Source of the DNA: Eledone cirrhosa
Taxonomy: Eukaryota
Assembly (NCBI GenBank): GCA_964016885.1
Contig: OZ024743.1
Location: forward strand, 197,966,001-198,030,000
Reading direction: 5' to 3'
DNA length: 64,000 nucleotides
Shown here: positions 14,309-28,439 of the stretch, in pieces
Layout: each line of letters opens with the position of its first letter
Numbering within the stretch: the first letter of the stretch is position 1
Program-made: the position numbers and the translations under genes
The notes under the pieces: generated by a model
What the model saw: the letters and a program-made list of their open reading frames with translations, nothing else
What the model was told of the DNA's origin: nothing
The model's database searches: none

Positions 14309-15899
14309 CATAAATAATAGTTGATAACGAGAGACGGAAAACTTTGGACAGAAGCGCTTACGAGTAATTTATTTCACACAGACACACACATATATATATA
14401 GATATGTGTGTGTGCGTGTGTGTGTGCGTGTGTGTGTGTGTGTGGGGGGGGTGTATGTGGGAGTGCGTGTGTGTGTATATGTGTGTAACTGCGTCAAGCG
14501 AAATACATTGTTAGGCAACCATGGTATTGAGCACTCTTTGTTTCGTTCATTATTACTTACACATAATATATCTATGAGTGTATGAACGAGAGAAAGGAAG
14601 AGTGGGACAAACAGAGACAGACTGGCAAAACAGTGAACAAATTATTTTATATCCCTGCCAAAGAATAGATAGAGTGTTATATTAAACGAAATCTCATTTT
14701 AAAAGATTCATAATTACGAATATGTTTTAACATAATATCAATAAATATTGTATTATATTCTATTATAAGAGGGCGTTGGATTGCCTGTATTTTCCCAGAT
14801 AGTTCTGAAATCACATTTGTCCACGAGTAAAATCAATCGCGCTGATCTCAACGGTTTTTGTGAATCTGCATAGATCGTGGGCACAGCAGTTTTCTTCAAA
14901 TCAAACCACTTTAAAGAATAACGAAAAAGGAGGCGAAATAGCTGCCATATTATTGCACAACGAAATGCATACTGTACTGCTTCAAGTTTTATAGTTCTCA
15001 GCTCTCATTTAAAACCTCGCTAGGATTATATTTGTCTTTCATCCTTTAGTTAGCGATAAAGTAGTTACCAGTAATACACCATAAACGATTCTATCGTACT
15101 TACTATACATCTCACCTATAGAGATCAGCTTCGTTCGTTGTCAAAAGGATTCCATATTATCATATATGCTAAATCTTCGTCATTTGTTTTTATTTTGCTT
15201 TGTTTTGTTTATGTAAAACATGATGCATCAAAGTGAATAGAACATTAAAAGCATACACGCAAACATACTCTCACATACACACACATATCCCAAGGCATTC
15301 TTGCGTTGAGATTGTTCTTTCAAATGTGTCACATTAACTTTATTCACTGATGTAAGCCATCAAACATTGAGCGCACATAAACAACAATCGACGACAACAA
15401 TTTGACGTTCAGTCATTGTACATTCATTAAAATCTTTGCATATCATTAACTAAGCAATGAAAGTAGATATAAAAGTGAAAGTAGGATTGATTTAAATGTC
15501 GTTTATCTACTATTTAATGTTAATTCTACATAAATATCAACCTGTTCTGCCGATGTTGCCTTATCCTACAATTCTGATGTGATTGCCATGGTTTTACAAC
15601 ATTTGCTCGTTTGCGGGAGAACAGTTGAAGCTATTAAAAAGGGAAGATTTTCTTTTGTACATATTTGAAATTATTTGTGTACACAGCTCATTAAATTAAC
15701 GTACCGTAGCTCACGTCTTCATTATAGCATTATAATGATCTATAATACACACACATACACAAGCATGACGTGTGTATGTGTGTCAGCATATATATAATAT
15801 ATATATATATGTATCTGTTTGTATATATATATATATATATATATACATATATATAGTATATGTATCTATTTGTATATATATATACTATATGTATCTGTT

Positions 15900-15972
<73 letters not shown>

Positions 15973-16472
15973 ATATAAGTAGATAGTTAGATAAAGAGAT
16001 TGAGAAATAAATGTATATATATAAAGTCTCTGCGAAATAGCGAAATATTCGAGCTGCACATTCAATCAATATATTATGCAAATTTAAACACCAGAATTCA
16101 TATAAAATAAAACATCTATTTTAATTGTGTTTTTTTTCTTAATGGTCAGAAAGAAATAGTTTAAATCTCTTTCTATGGACCATAAGTATCTTTCTGATAT
16201 CAAAATTTAATGTTGTAATATACCATTGAAATCTCATGAAATAAAGTCTTCATGAATAAGGAATAAGGTCGCTTTGAAAACGAGAAATTTCTGTTAGGAC
16301 CCATAGTCTTCGATAATGATTCTCTGATGAATAATTCAAATGTTAGTTTCGATTTTACATTTATTTACCAGCCTGTTAATGGTCGTTTCTTCAGTTAGTT
16401 TCTTGTAACGCCATACCATACAATATACTGATGTTAGACGTCCTTGTCTCTTTTATACCACATAGTTGTGCC

Positions 16473-17090
<618 letters not shown>

Positions 17091-17339
17091 ATGTTAGTGG
17101 ATGAGAAGTTGCTGTTCTTCAAAGAGCATTTGCAAAGAATATGTTCTTATTTGTTTAATAAAAAGTAGTGATTTACTAGATAAGGGGTACTGAACTCTTG
17201 GAGTAATCGTACGTGTGCCACCCTAGGACAAGGTGTGTCATGGGGCATATAAAACCTAGTAGAAACCATCCCTCTCCAGGTCGGAACACAGCCGATCTCT
17301 TCCAGACAGTTTAGATGTGTCTTTACACATATAAGCCCA

Positions 17340-17426
17340 CATATCTGACGAGATGTCGAAAAAGAGTCGGGCCTCGTCACCTTGATTGTACCCTCAGGAG
17401 ATCAATATGGAAACAATTGTAATATG
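17340..17426 (+). ncRNA. HHR motif with long domain II
   Basis: CATAT-CTGACGA-(58 nt)-GAAA-CAATTG-TA-ATATG, followed by AATAAA. Confidence 0.65.
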
Positions 17427-17573
17427 CAAATAAAGTTTGTACATATGTCGCAACATTGTCTTCGACTCTTTTAAATCTATTTATACTCTGCACACTGCAG
17501 CCGTAGCACTAGAATACAACTCAAACGAAACGGACCTCATGACAACATTGAGTGCTTCGAACGCTGATTATAT

Positions 17574-17757
17574 AATTATTGTTTCTACGTTAGGCACAAG
17601 ACCAGCAATTACCCAGTGCATTACTGGTTCTTTATTTTATCGACCCCGTAAGCATGAAAGGCAAATTTAACCTTGAACTCAGACCATAAAGGGCTGTAGC
17701 TCTGTGCTGCAAAGCATGCCGCCATACCCTCTACCGATACTGCCAATCCACCGCCTC
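17574..17757 (-). mobile_element. Nin-domain SINE
   Basis: Matches the family consensus at 27523-27709. Confidence 0.85.
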
Positions 17758-17987
17758 ATAAGTGAATAATGATGATATCATAATAATATTATTAATATTC
17801 GATTCGTTTGCAAAAAAATAGCCTCATAACACCATATGTTCTTGACGACTAACGTCATTTTGTTCCAGCGGTTGCAGAGAGAAGCACTGTACAATTTTTT
17901 TCGAGGTTATTGACCCTTATCATGATTGTCTATCTCTCTCTTTTCTGCTACACTCTGTAGCTCTTCTGAATATATAGTATCCTCTAA

Positions 17988-18285
17988 AGCAGGGGCAACA
18001 GGTGGCCCGCGGGCCACAATCCAGCCCGCCAGACTAGTTAGAGTGGCCCGCGATGACCCTTTTTAATTTTTACCTTGTATGCTTATTTAGAATTTTTATC
18101 GTAACCGTAATACAATTTTCTGCTAGTTGACCTATACTAAAGGGCTTCACTAATGGAGTTATGTGTGTTATAATTTCCCAGTTCCATGTTATGGAAAGAA
18201 GTTGTGGCGGATCTTTAAAATAGAGATTAATAAATATTAATGGCCCTAATAGCTGTTCCAAAGTTCAAAAGTGGCCCGCCAATGG
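17988..18285 (+). mobile_element. Possible hAT (Charlie/SPIN-like) non-autonomous remnant
   Basis: cagggg start and repeated tggcccgc subterminal motifs; right TIR not found. Confidence 0.45.
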
Positions 18286-18584
18286 AATATGTTGCTCATG
18301 GAGAGCGCCCGTTGATTAAGCGATAGAGTTAATGGCAGGTCGATATTACACTGTGCAGCCACTGTGAAAAACGAGTTACAGATACACTCATCTGACCAGT
18401 CAACATTGTGAAAACCATGGTTCGGAAACATATGCAACTGAATTCATTACAAATAACCCTTGGTAAGTACTCTGAGTACGGTTTGGTACGATTAATACGT
18501 TTAAATCTTGTTTCGTTGAGTGTGTAATGAGAGTAACGTGGTAGTAGGGAATATGTTTTCCCTGTAGTCCTGTTTTAACTATAT

Positions 18585-18645
<61 letters not shown>

Positions 18646-18648
<3 letters not shown>

Positions 18649-18917
18649 AAAAAAAGATGAAATCGAAAATGCAACTGGAGTCTTATTTTAAAAAAATATA
18701 TATATATTTATTTGGTTCCTTTACCCGTTTCGCAATTCTTCTGTTTTTCAAAAGATGGAGGGTCTGTGGTTTTTCTCACATGTGAGAAAAACCACAGACC
18801 CTCCATCTCAACTCTACTTTTGAAAAGCAGAAGAATTGTGAAACCGGTAAAGGAACCAAATAAATATATATTTAAAAGAAAAAAGACTCCAGTTGCAATT
18901 ATGATTTCATCTTTTTT

Positions 18918-18922
<5 letters not shown>
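18646..18922. mobile_element. Fold-back pLTR insertion in (AT)n with U3:A8 HHR variant (18817-18852)
   Basis: Inverted arms centred on ctcacatgtgag (18780/18781); CTT-TTGAAAA-GCA gaagaat TGT-GAAA-CCGG-TA-AAG. Confidence 0.75.
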
Positions 18923-18953
<31 letters not shown>

Positions 18954-19250
18954 TGAAACAAAATGAAAACGAAATTTCATTTCTCACTCTTAGTATGGCA
19001 CTTACTTAAATGTAAGTATGCATGTATACGTACATACATATATGTATACAGACGTACAGTAGCATGCACATATATATATATATATACATATATACATACA
19101 TATGCATACAGGTACACATACATATATGCACGTATCAGTTTAGCGGCGCTAACGTCGCTTTGTTCGTTTGTAAACAAACTGAACAGCCTGAATTTATGCC
19201 ATACGGTGTTAAAGCAACCACGTCACCTTTTTGTTCAACACTGACACAGG

Positions 19251-19295
19251 AACGATGTACTAGTTTCAAGCTTGTTAGCTATCATCAGCACCGTT
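19251..19295 (-). ncRNA. HHR, left arm (identical copies at 19717-19761, 20183-20227, 20649-20693)
   Basis: Reverse complement AACGGTG-CTGATGA-tAGCT aaca AGCTt-GAAA-CTAG-TA-CATCGTT. Confidence 0.88.
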
Positions 19296-21236
19296 TACCC
19301 ATCTGCCAGATAGTTGAACGTTCGAAAGTATATACTTTCCTTATGAAAATTAACGGCTGAGCAGCCTAATTTGCATATTGAGTGAGTTAAATCGGTCAGG
19401 CATACCGAAAACGATAAATTGAAACAAAATGAAAACGAAATTTCATTTCTCACTCTTAGTATGGCACTTACTTAAATGTAAGTATGCATGTATACGTACA
19501 TACATATATGTATACAGACGTACAGTAGCATGCACATATATATATATATATACATATATACATACATATGCATACAGGTACACATACATATATGCACGTA
19601 TCAGTTTAGCGGCGCTAACGTCGCTTTGTTCGTTTGTAAACAAACTGAACAGCCTGAATTTATGCCATACGGTGTTAAAGCAACCACGTCACCTTTTTGT
19701 TCAACACTGACACAGGAACGATGTACTAGTTTCAAGCTTGTTAGCTATCATCAGCACCGTTTACCCATCTGCCAGATAGTTGAACGTTCGAAAGTATATA
19801 CTTTCCTTATGAAAATTAACGGCTGAGCAGCCTAATTTGCATATTGAGTGAGTTAAATCGGTCAGGCATACCGAAAACGATAAATTGAAACAAAATGAAA
19901 ACGAAATTTCATTTCTCACTCTTAGTATGGCACTTACTTAAATGTAAGTATGCATGTATACGTACATACATATATGTATACAGACGTACAGTAGCATGCA
20001 CATATATATATATATATACATATATACATACATATGCATACAGGTACACATACATATATGCACGTATCAGTTTAGCGGCGCTAACGTCGCTTTGTTCGTT
20101 TGTAAACAAACTGAACAGCCTGAATTTATGCCATACGGTGTTAAAGCAACCACGTCACCTTTTTGTTCAACACTGACACAGGAACGATGTACTAGTTTCA
20201 AGCTTGTTAGCTATCATCAGCACCGTTTACCCATCTGCCAGATAGTTGAACGTTCGAAAGTATATACTTTCCTTATGAAAATTAACGGCTGAGCAGCCTA
20301 ATTTGCATATTGAGTGAGTTAAATCGGTCAGGCATACCGAAAACGATAAATTGAAACAAAATGAAAACGAAATTTCATTTCTCACTCTTAGTATGGCACT
20401 TACTTAAATGTAAGTATGCATGTATACGTACATACATATATGTATACAGACGTACAGTAGCATGCACATATATATATATATATACATATATACATACATA
20501 TGCATACAGGTACACATACATATATGCACGTATCAGTTTAGCGGCGCTAACGTCGCTTTGTTCGTTTGTAAACAAACTGAACAGCCTGAATTTATGCCAT
20601 ACGGTGTTAAAGCAACCACGTCACCTTTTTGTTCAACACTGACACAGGAACGATGTACTAGTTTCAAGCTTGTTAGCTATCATCAGCACCGTTTACCCAT
20701 CTGCCAGATAGTTGAACGTTCGAAAGTATATACTTTCCTTATGAAAATTAACGGCTGAGCAGCCTAATTTGCATATTGAGTGAGTTAAATCGGTCAGGCA
20801 TACCGAAAACGATAAATTGAAACAAAATGAAAACGAAATTTCATTTCTCACTCTTAGTATGGCACTTACTTAAATGTAAGTATGCATGTATACGTACATA
20901 CATATATGTATACATATATGTATGTACCTGATACGTGCATATATGTATGTGTACCTGTATGCATATGTATGTATATATGTATATATATATATATATGTGC
21001 ATGCTACTGTACGTCTGTATACATATATGTATGTACGTATACATGCATACTTACATTTAAGTAAGTGCCATACTAAGAGTGAGAAATGAAATTTCGTTTT
21101 CATTTTGTTTCAATTTATCGTTTTCGGTATGCCTGACCGATTTAACTCACTCAATATGCAAATTAGGCTGCTCAGCCGTTAATTTTCATAAGGAAAGTAT
21201 ATACTTTCGAACGTTCAACTATCTGGCAGATGGGTA

Positions 21237-21281
21237 AACGGTGCTGATGATAGCTAACAAGCTTGAAACTAGTACATCGTT
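21237..21281 (+). ncRNA. HHR, right arm (copies start at 21703, 22169, 22635, 23102, 23568, 24034); predicted cleavage after 21274
   Basis: Stem I AACGGTG/CATCGTT, core CTGATGA 21244-21250, stem II AGCT/AGCT, GAAA 21265-21268, palindromic ACTAGT, GUA triplet. Confidence 0.88.
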
Positions 21282-24200
21282 CCTGTGTCAGTGTTGAACA
21301 AAAAGGTGACGTGGTTGCTTTAACACCGTATGGCATAAATTCAGGCTGTTCAGTTTGTTTACAAACGAACAAAGCGACGTTAGCGCCGCTAAACTGATAC
21401 GTGCATATATGTATGTGTACCTGTATGCATATGTATGTATATATGTATATATATATATATATGTGCATGCTACTGTACGTCTGTATACATATATGTATGT
21501 ACGTATACATGCATACTTACATTTAAGTAAGTGCCATACTAAGAGTGAGAAATGAAATTTCGTTTTCATTTTGTTTCAATTTATCGTTTTCGGTATGCCT
21601 GACCGATTTAACTCACTCAATATGCAAATTAGGCTGCTCAGCCGTTAATTTTCATAAGGAAAGTATATACTTTCGAACGTTCAACTATCTGGCAGATGGG
21701 TAAACGGTGCTGATGATAGCTAACAAGCTTGAAACTAGTACATCGTTCCTGTGTCAGTGTTGAACAAAAAGGTGACGTGGTTGCTTTAACACCGTATGGC
21801 ATAAATTCAGGCTGTTCAGTTTGTTTACAAACGAACAAAGCGACGTTAGCGCCGCTAAACTGATACGTGCATATATGTATGTGTACCTGTATGCATATGT
21901 ATGTATATATGTATATATATATATATATGTGCATGCTACTGTACGTCTGTATACATATATGTATGTACGTATACATGCATACTTACATTTAAGTAAGTGC
22001 CATACTAAGAGTGAGAAATGAAATTTCGTTTTCATTTTGTTTCAATTTATCGTTTTCGGTATGCCTGACCGATTTAACTCACTCAATATGCAAATTAGGC
22101 TGCTCAGCCGTTAATTTTCATAAGGAAAGTATATACTTTCGAACGTTCAACTATCTGGCAGATGGGTAAACGGTGCTGATGATAGCTAACAAGCTTGAAA
22201 CTAGTACATCGTTCCTGTGTCAGTGTTGAACAAAAAGGTGACGTGGTTGCTTTAACACCGTATGGCATAAATTCAGGCTGTTCAGTTTGTTTACAAACGA
22301 ACAAAGCGACGTTAGCGCCGCTAAACTGATACGTGCATATATGTATGTGTACCTGTATGCATATGTATGTATATATGTATATATATATATATATGTGCAT
22401 GCTACTGTACGTCTGTATACATATATGTATGTACGTATACATGCATACTTACATTTAAGTAAGTGCCATACTAAGAGTGAGAAATGAAATTTCGTTTTCA
22501 TTTTGTTTCAATTTATCGTTTTCGGTATGCCTGACCGATTTAACTCACTCAATATGCAAATTAGGCTGCTCAGCCGTTAATTTTCATAAGGAAAGTATAT
22601 ACTTTCGAACGTTCAACTATCTGGCAGATGGGTAAACGGTGCTGATGATAGCTAACAAGCTTGAAACTAGTACATCGTTCCTGTGTCAGTGTTGAACAAA
22701 AAAGGTGACGTGGTTGCTTTAACACCGTATGGCATAAATTCAGGCTGTTCAGTTTGTTTACAAACGAACAAAGCGACGTTAGCGCCGCTAAACTGATACG
22801 TGCATATATGTATGTGTACCTGTATGCATATGTATGTATATATGTATATATATATATATATGTGCATGCTACTGTACGTCTGTATACATATATGTATGTA
22901 CGTATACATGCATACTTACATTTAAGTAAGTGCCATACTAAGAGTGAGAAATGAAATTTCGTTTTCATTTTGTTTCAATTTATCGTTTTCGGTATGCCTG
23001 ACCGATTTAACTCACTCAATATGCAAATTAGGCTGCTCAGCCGTTAATTTTCATAAGGAAAGTATATACTTTCGAACGTTCAACTATCTGGCAGATGGGT
23101 AAACGGTGCTGATGATAGCTAACAAGCTTGAAACTAGTACATCGTTCCTGTGTCAGTGTTGAACAAAAAGGTGACGTGGTTGCTTTAACACCGTATGGCA
23201 TAAATTCAGGCTGTTCAGTTTGTTTACAAACGAACAAAGCGACGTTAGCGCCGCTAAACTGATACGTGCATATATGTATGTGTACCTGTATGCATATGTA
23301 TGTATATATGTATATATATATATATATGTGCATGCTACTGTACGTCTGTATACATATATGTATGTACGTATACATGCATACTTACATTTAAGTAAGTGCC
23401 ATACTAAGAGTGAGAAATGAAATTTCGTTTTCATTTTGTTTCAATTTATCGTTTTCGGTATGCCTGACCGATTTAACTCACTCAATATGCAAATTAGGCT
23501 GCTCAGCCGTTAATTTTCATAAGGAAAGTATATACTTTCGAACGTTCAACTATCTGGCAGATGGGTAAACGGTGCTGATGATAGCTAACAAGCTTGAAAC
23601 TAGTACATCGTTCCTGTGTCAGTGTTGAACAAAAAGGTGACGTGGTTGCTTTAACACCGTATGGCATAAATTCAGGCTGTTCAGTTTGTTTACAAACGAA
23701 CAAAGCGACGTTAGCGCCGCTAAACTGATACGTGCATATATGTATGTGTACCTGTATGCATATGTATGTATATATGTATATATATATATATATGTGCATG
23801 CTACTGTACGTCTGTATACATATATGTATGTACGTATACATGCATACTTACATTTAAGTAAGTGCCATACTAAGAGTGAGAAATGAAATTTCGTTTTCAT
23901 TTTGTTTCAATTTATCGTTTTCGGTATGCCTGACCGATTTAACTCACTCAATATGCAAATTAGGCTGCTCAGCCGTTAATTTTCATAAGGAAAGTATATA
24001 CTTTCGAACGTTCAACTATCTGGCAGATGGGTAAACGGTGCTGATGATAGCTAACAAGCTTGAAACTAGTACATCGTTCCTGTGTCAGTGTTGAACAAAA
24101 AGGTGACGTGGTTGCTTTAACACCGTATGGCATAAATTCAGGCTGTTCAGTTTGTTTACAAACGAACAAAGCGACGTTAGCGCCGCTAAACTGATACGTG

Positions 24201-24314
24201 CATATATGTATGTGTACCTGTATGCATATGTATGTATATATGTATATATATATATATATGTGCATGCTACTGTACGTCTGTATACATATATGTATGTACG
24301 TATACATGCATACT

Positions 24315-24349
<35 letters not shown>

Positions 24350-24537
24350 AGGGAGTAAGGTTCTATACACAACAAGGGTTTGAGAGAAAAAGTGGAATTA
24401 GAAATAGCACGGAAAATATATTTAAGGATCTGTTTTTCTTTTTTCTTCTTTGATTCATCAATGTGACATTATTGAAATAATGAGAGGAATACTTCTTTTA
24501 AAATAAAGGAGTTTTATAATGTATATAACATATGTAA

Positions 24538-24585
24538 AATATAACCGGTTTCGATGTGTCAGTGTAAACCATCTTATCAAATGTT
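24538..24585 (-). ncRNA. HHR motif, U3:A8 variant
   Basis: AACAT-TTGATAA-GATG..CATC-GAAA-CCGG-TT-ATATT; one stem I mismatch. Confidence 0.65.
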
Positions 24586-25220
24586 GAATATTAAAATTAA
24601 AAACAATTAAAAACAATTAATAAGAATTAAAAATGAAAAGTTTAAACTTGAGTGTTGAAAAGGTCTGTTCATCTTTCTTGTTGCGAAGACTGGGTTTAAA
24701 ATGGAACCTTATATATATAGAGATTTAGTCATAGTACTAGTAGTAGAAGTAGTGTTAGTAGTTGTGTCTTTTCCCAAAACAAAATTAATTTTTGGAATAG
24801 TCTCAATTGCGTTGAAGAATTGGTCAAGAGTTCAGATGGGGGTGGCGAAGGGGGGAAATGTAAGCTAGAGACAATTGTTATAGGAGAGAGAGTTAAATGA
24901 GAGAGGCAAATAGGATTGTCAAAAGAAATTCTATTTTAGGAATATGGTTTTAGGGAGTATGAGTGTGTATGTCTAGGTGTTTATATAAACATATGTGTGT
25001 GTGTGTTATTGTAAGTGTGATGGGATGAAAACTTCGGGAAATATTTTTGGGGACATGTATATATACATAAATATATATATTTGTTTGTTTTTGTAGTGGT
25101 GTGTGTATGTACGTGAGAGAGAGAAAGTGAGAAAGAGAGAGAGAGAGAGAGCATGTGTGTATATACACACACACACACACGCGTGCTAGTATGTGTGCAG
25201 ATGTATCGATGAATAATCTA

Positions 25221-25379
25221 TGAATGTGACGAAAATAGGCGAGTTACAGAGACGTTATATTTTTAAAGGGTGTCCCCAAAAATATATACACACTTCAATT
25301 AGAATGCTGTTGAAGTGTGTATACATTTTTGGGATCCCTCCCTCTCTCCTTGTTATATACACACACACACACACATATG

Positions 25380-25444
<65 letters not shown>

Positions 25445-25563
25445 GGTGTCCCAAAAAGGTATACACACTTCAACAGTATTCTAATCAAAGTGTGTTCATA
25501 TTTTTTGGGTACACCCTTTATATATATGACGTCTCTGTAACTCACCTATTTTCGTCACATTCA
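25221..25563. mobile_element. Inverted repeat containing two tiny Tc1/mariner-like MITE hairpins
   Basis: TA|CAGGGTGTCCCAAAAA terminus at 25440; arms 25221-25338 and 25443-25563 are reverse complements. Confidence 0.6.
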
Positions 25564-26002
25564 CGTTTGCTCTGTGTCTGCACAATAACAACATCAAACT
25601 GTTTAACAATATAGTGTAAACATATATTTACCATAAAATCTTAGTTTACTTATTACACCAAAAACTTGGTAGTGTCAACATTTTATTATCCAGACTATTG
25701 TATAAAACCTACCTTATCTTTGTTTAAACAAAAACTGAACAATTTAATCAATGTTTGCTATTTTCAACAGCAGAATGAAGGTATAAATGTGTGAGATCAT
25801 ATTTCAGGCAAAGTCAAAACAAAGTGGCAAAGATATTCCAAACTGTTGATATAAAGTGCTAAGGTAGGAAAGAAAATATTGACAGAATGCTTGTGTTATA
25901 GTGTTAAATACATATCGAAACGTCAGTAAAAAATCTAGAGTTCGATGCCCGAGAGTAACTCACGTTTTATTCACCGTGTTAAAAAAAGTTATGCACAAAC
26001 AC

Positions 26003-26087
<85 letters not shown>

Positions 26088-26108
26088 TGTTTGTGCATAT
26101 ATATATAT

Positions 26109-26270
26109 ACTATAAGGATATGGAACAAGGATTCAATGTTGCATCATACCATATTTAATAACATATTACATATGTTTCTCTATCGATCAGCTCGAGGAGA
26201 GAAACATATGTAATATGTTATTAAATATGGTATGATGCAACATTGAATCGTTGTTCCTTATCCTTATAGT
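26109..26270. repeat. Fold-back element in (AT)n carrying only the HHR 3' half (GAAA-CATATG-TA)
   Basis: About 73-bp near-perfect arms. Confidence 0.8.
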
Positions 26271-26392
26271 ATTATACTCTGCTCTGCGCGAGCATCGAGT
26301 GCTTAACCGGCATACCGCCTACGGACGCATTTTGTGTGTGTGTGAGTGTGTGTGCGTGTGTGTGTGTGTGTGCGCGTGTGTGTGTAAACGTA

Positions 26393-27375
<983 letters not shown>

Positions 27376-27378
27376 GAA

Positions 27379-27497
27379 GTTCCGATGAGCCGCTCTGTCT
27401 TTAACTATGTTAATTATTTTCAACTGAACTAGATCACTAATGATATATAGTCATTTGATCCAGAAATATTATATAGAGTAGCGAAACAATTGTAAAC
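27379..27497 (+). ncRNA. HHR-like motif, U4C core, long stem II
   Basis: GTT-CCGATGA-GCCGCTCTGT..ATAGAGTAGC-GAAA-CAATTG-TA-AAC. Confidence 0.55.
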
Positions 27498-27522
27498 GGG
27501 CATTATTATTATTAATATTATA

Positions 27523-27709
27523 GGCGGTGGATTGGCAGTATTGGTAGAGTGTCGGATGCCATGCTTTGGCGCATAGAGTTACGGCCCTTGCCATTCTGAG
27601 TTCAAATCCCGCCGAAGTTAACTTTGCCTTTCATCCTTACGGGGTCGATAAAATAAAGTACCAGTAATACACTGGGTAATTTGCTGGCCTTGTGCCTAAT
27701 GTAGAAACA
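27523..27709 (+). mobile_element. Full-length Nin-domain SINE with 18-bp TSD
   Basis: A-box-like tggcagtattgg, B-box-like gagttcaaatccc, Nin core; attattattaatattata at 27505-27522 and 27710-27727. Confidence 0.9.
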
Positions 27710-28017
27710 ATTATTATTAATATTATAATTATTATTCTCTACATTCCTTACATCAAACTAAAATATGTTGACAATCTTTTAATAATGTCTTCCTTGTGAA
27801 ATTTGTGGTGTTGTTTGGCTTAACTAATGAATATTTCCAGCTCTGCGCGCCTAACTTCTGCATGAACCCAGCCACCTAGCTGCCTTCCACTGCATATTGC
27901 ACAATGAGCACATGCCTTTACGCTTTGGCTTCTAACTAATTCACCAATCTCTCTTCTCCTATATCCTCTCCTATCTCCATCTCTCTCTTTAAGATTGGTT
28001 ACTCTTGAACTGTGTTT

Positions 28018-28060
<43 letters not shown>

Positions 28061-28069
28061 CACACACAC

Positions 28070-28133
<64 letters not shown>

Positions 28134-28136
<3 letters not shown>

Positions 28137-28310
28137 TGAGATTCTACAGGACTAGAACTGTTTCATTCATTAGAAATCATCAGGAATTGATTTCTAATGA
28201 ATGAAACAGTTCTAGTCCTGTAGAATCTCATCTATATTAAAACTGTTATACTCTGCTATGTATTGAGTACCTTACTTACTGTGGTTACCTCCGATTCAAC
28301 CCGGAATAAC

Positions 28311-28311
<1 letters not shown>
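28134..28311. mobile_element. Fold-back pLTR (family H) with intact HHR on the minus strand, 28141-28187
   Basis: ATTC-CTGATGA-tTTC taat GAAt-GAAA-CAG ttctagtc CTG-TA-GAAT; (AT)n on both sides. Confidence 0.8.
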
Positions 28312-28374
<63 letters not shown>

Positions 28375-28439
28375 ACATTATAGTAAGCCGGGTTTAAAGA
28401 AAAGGTAAGTTAGGCGTAGGGACAGTACATCTACTTCGT

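Larger units (their letters stand above)
18948..24319. mobile_element. Retrozyme-like 466-bp tandem array, head-to-head (about 4.2 + 7.3 units), one HHR per unit
   Basis: ORF track repeats at an exact 466 period (one 467 unit, extra A near 22700); inversion at 20913-20928; (AT)n at both ends. Confidence 0.92.

Noticed and set aside
18948-24319. CRISPR array or ordinary centromeric satellite
   Set aside because: No unique spacers or cas genes in a eukaryotic context; short, dispersed, inverted and ribozyme-bearing
18963-24375. Repeated 66-132 aa ORFs in the array
   Set aside because: Low-complexity translations of AT/AC repeats, overlapping on both strands and not preserved in the older copy
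27523-27612. tRNA gene
   Set aside because: A and B boxes belong to the SINE head; no cloverleaf
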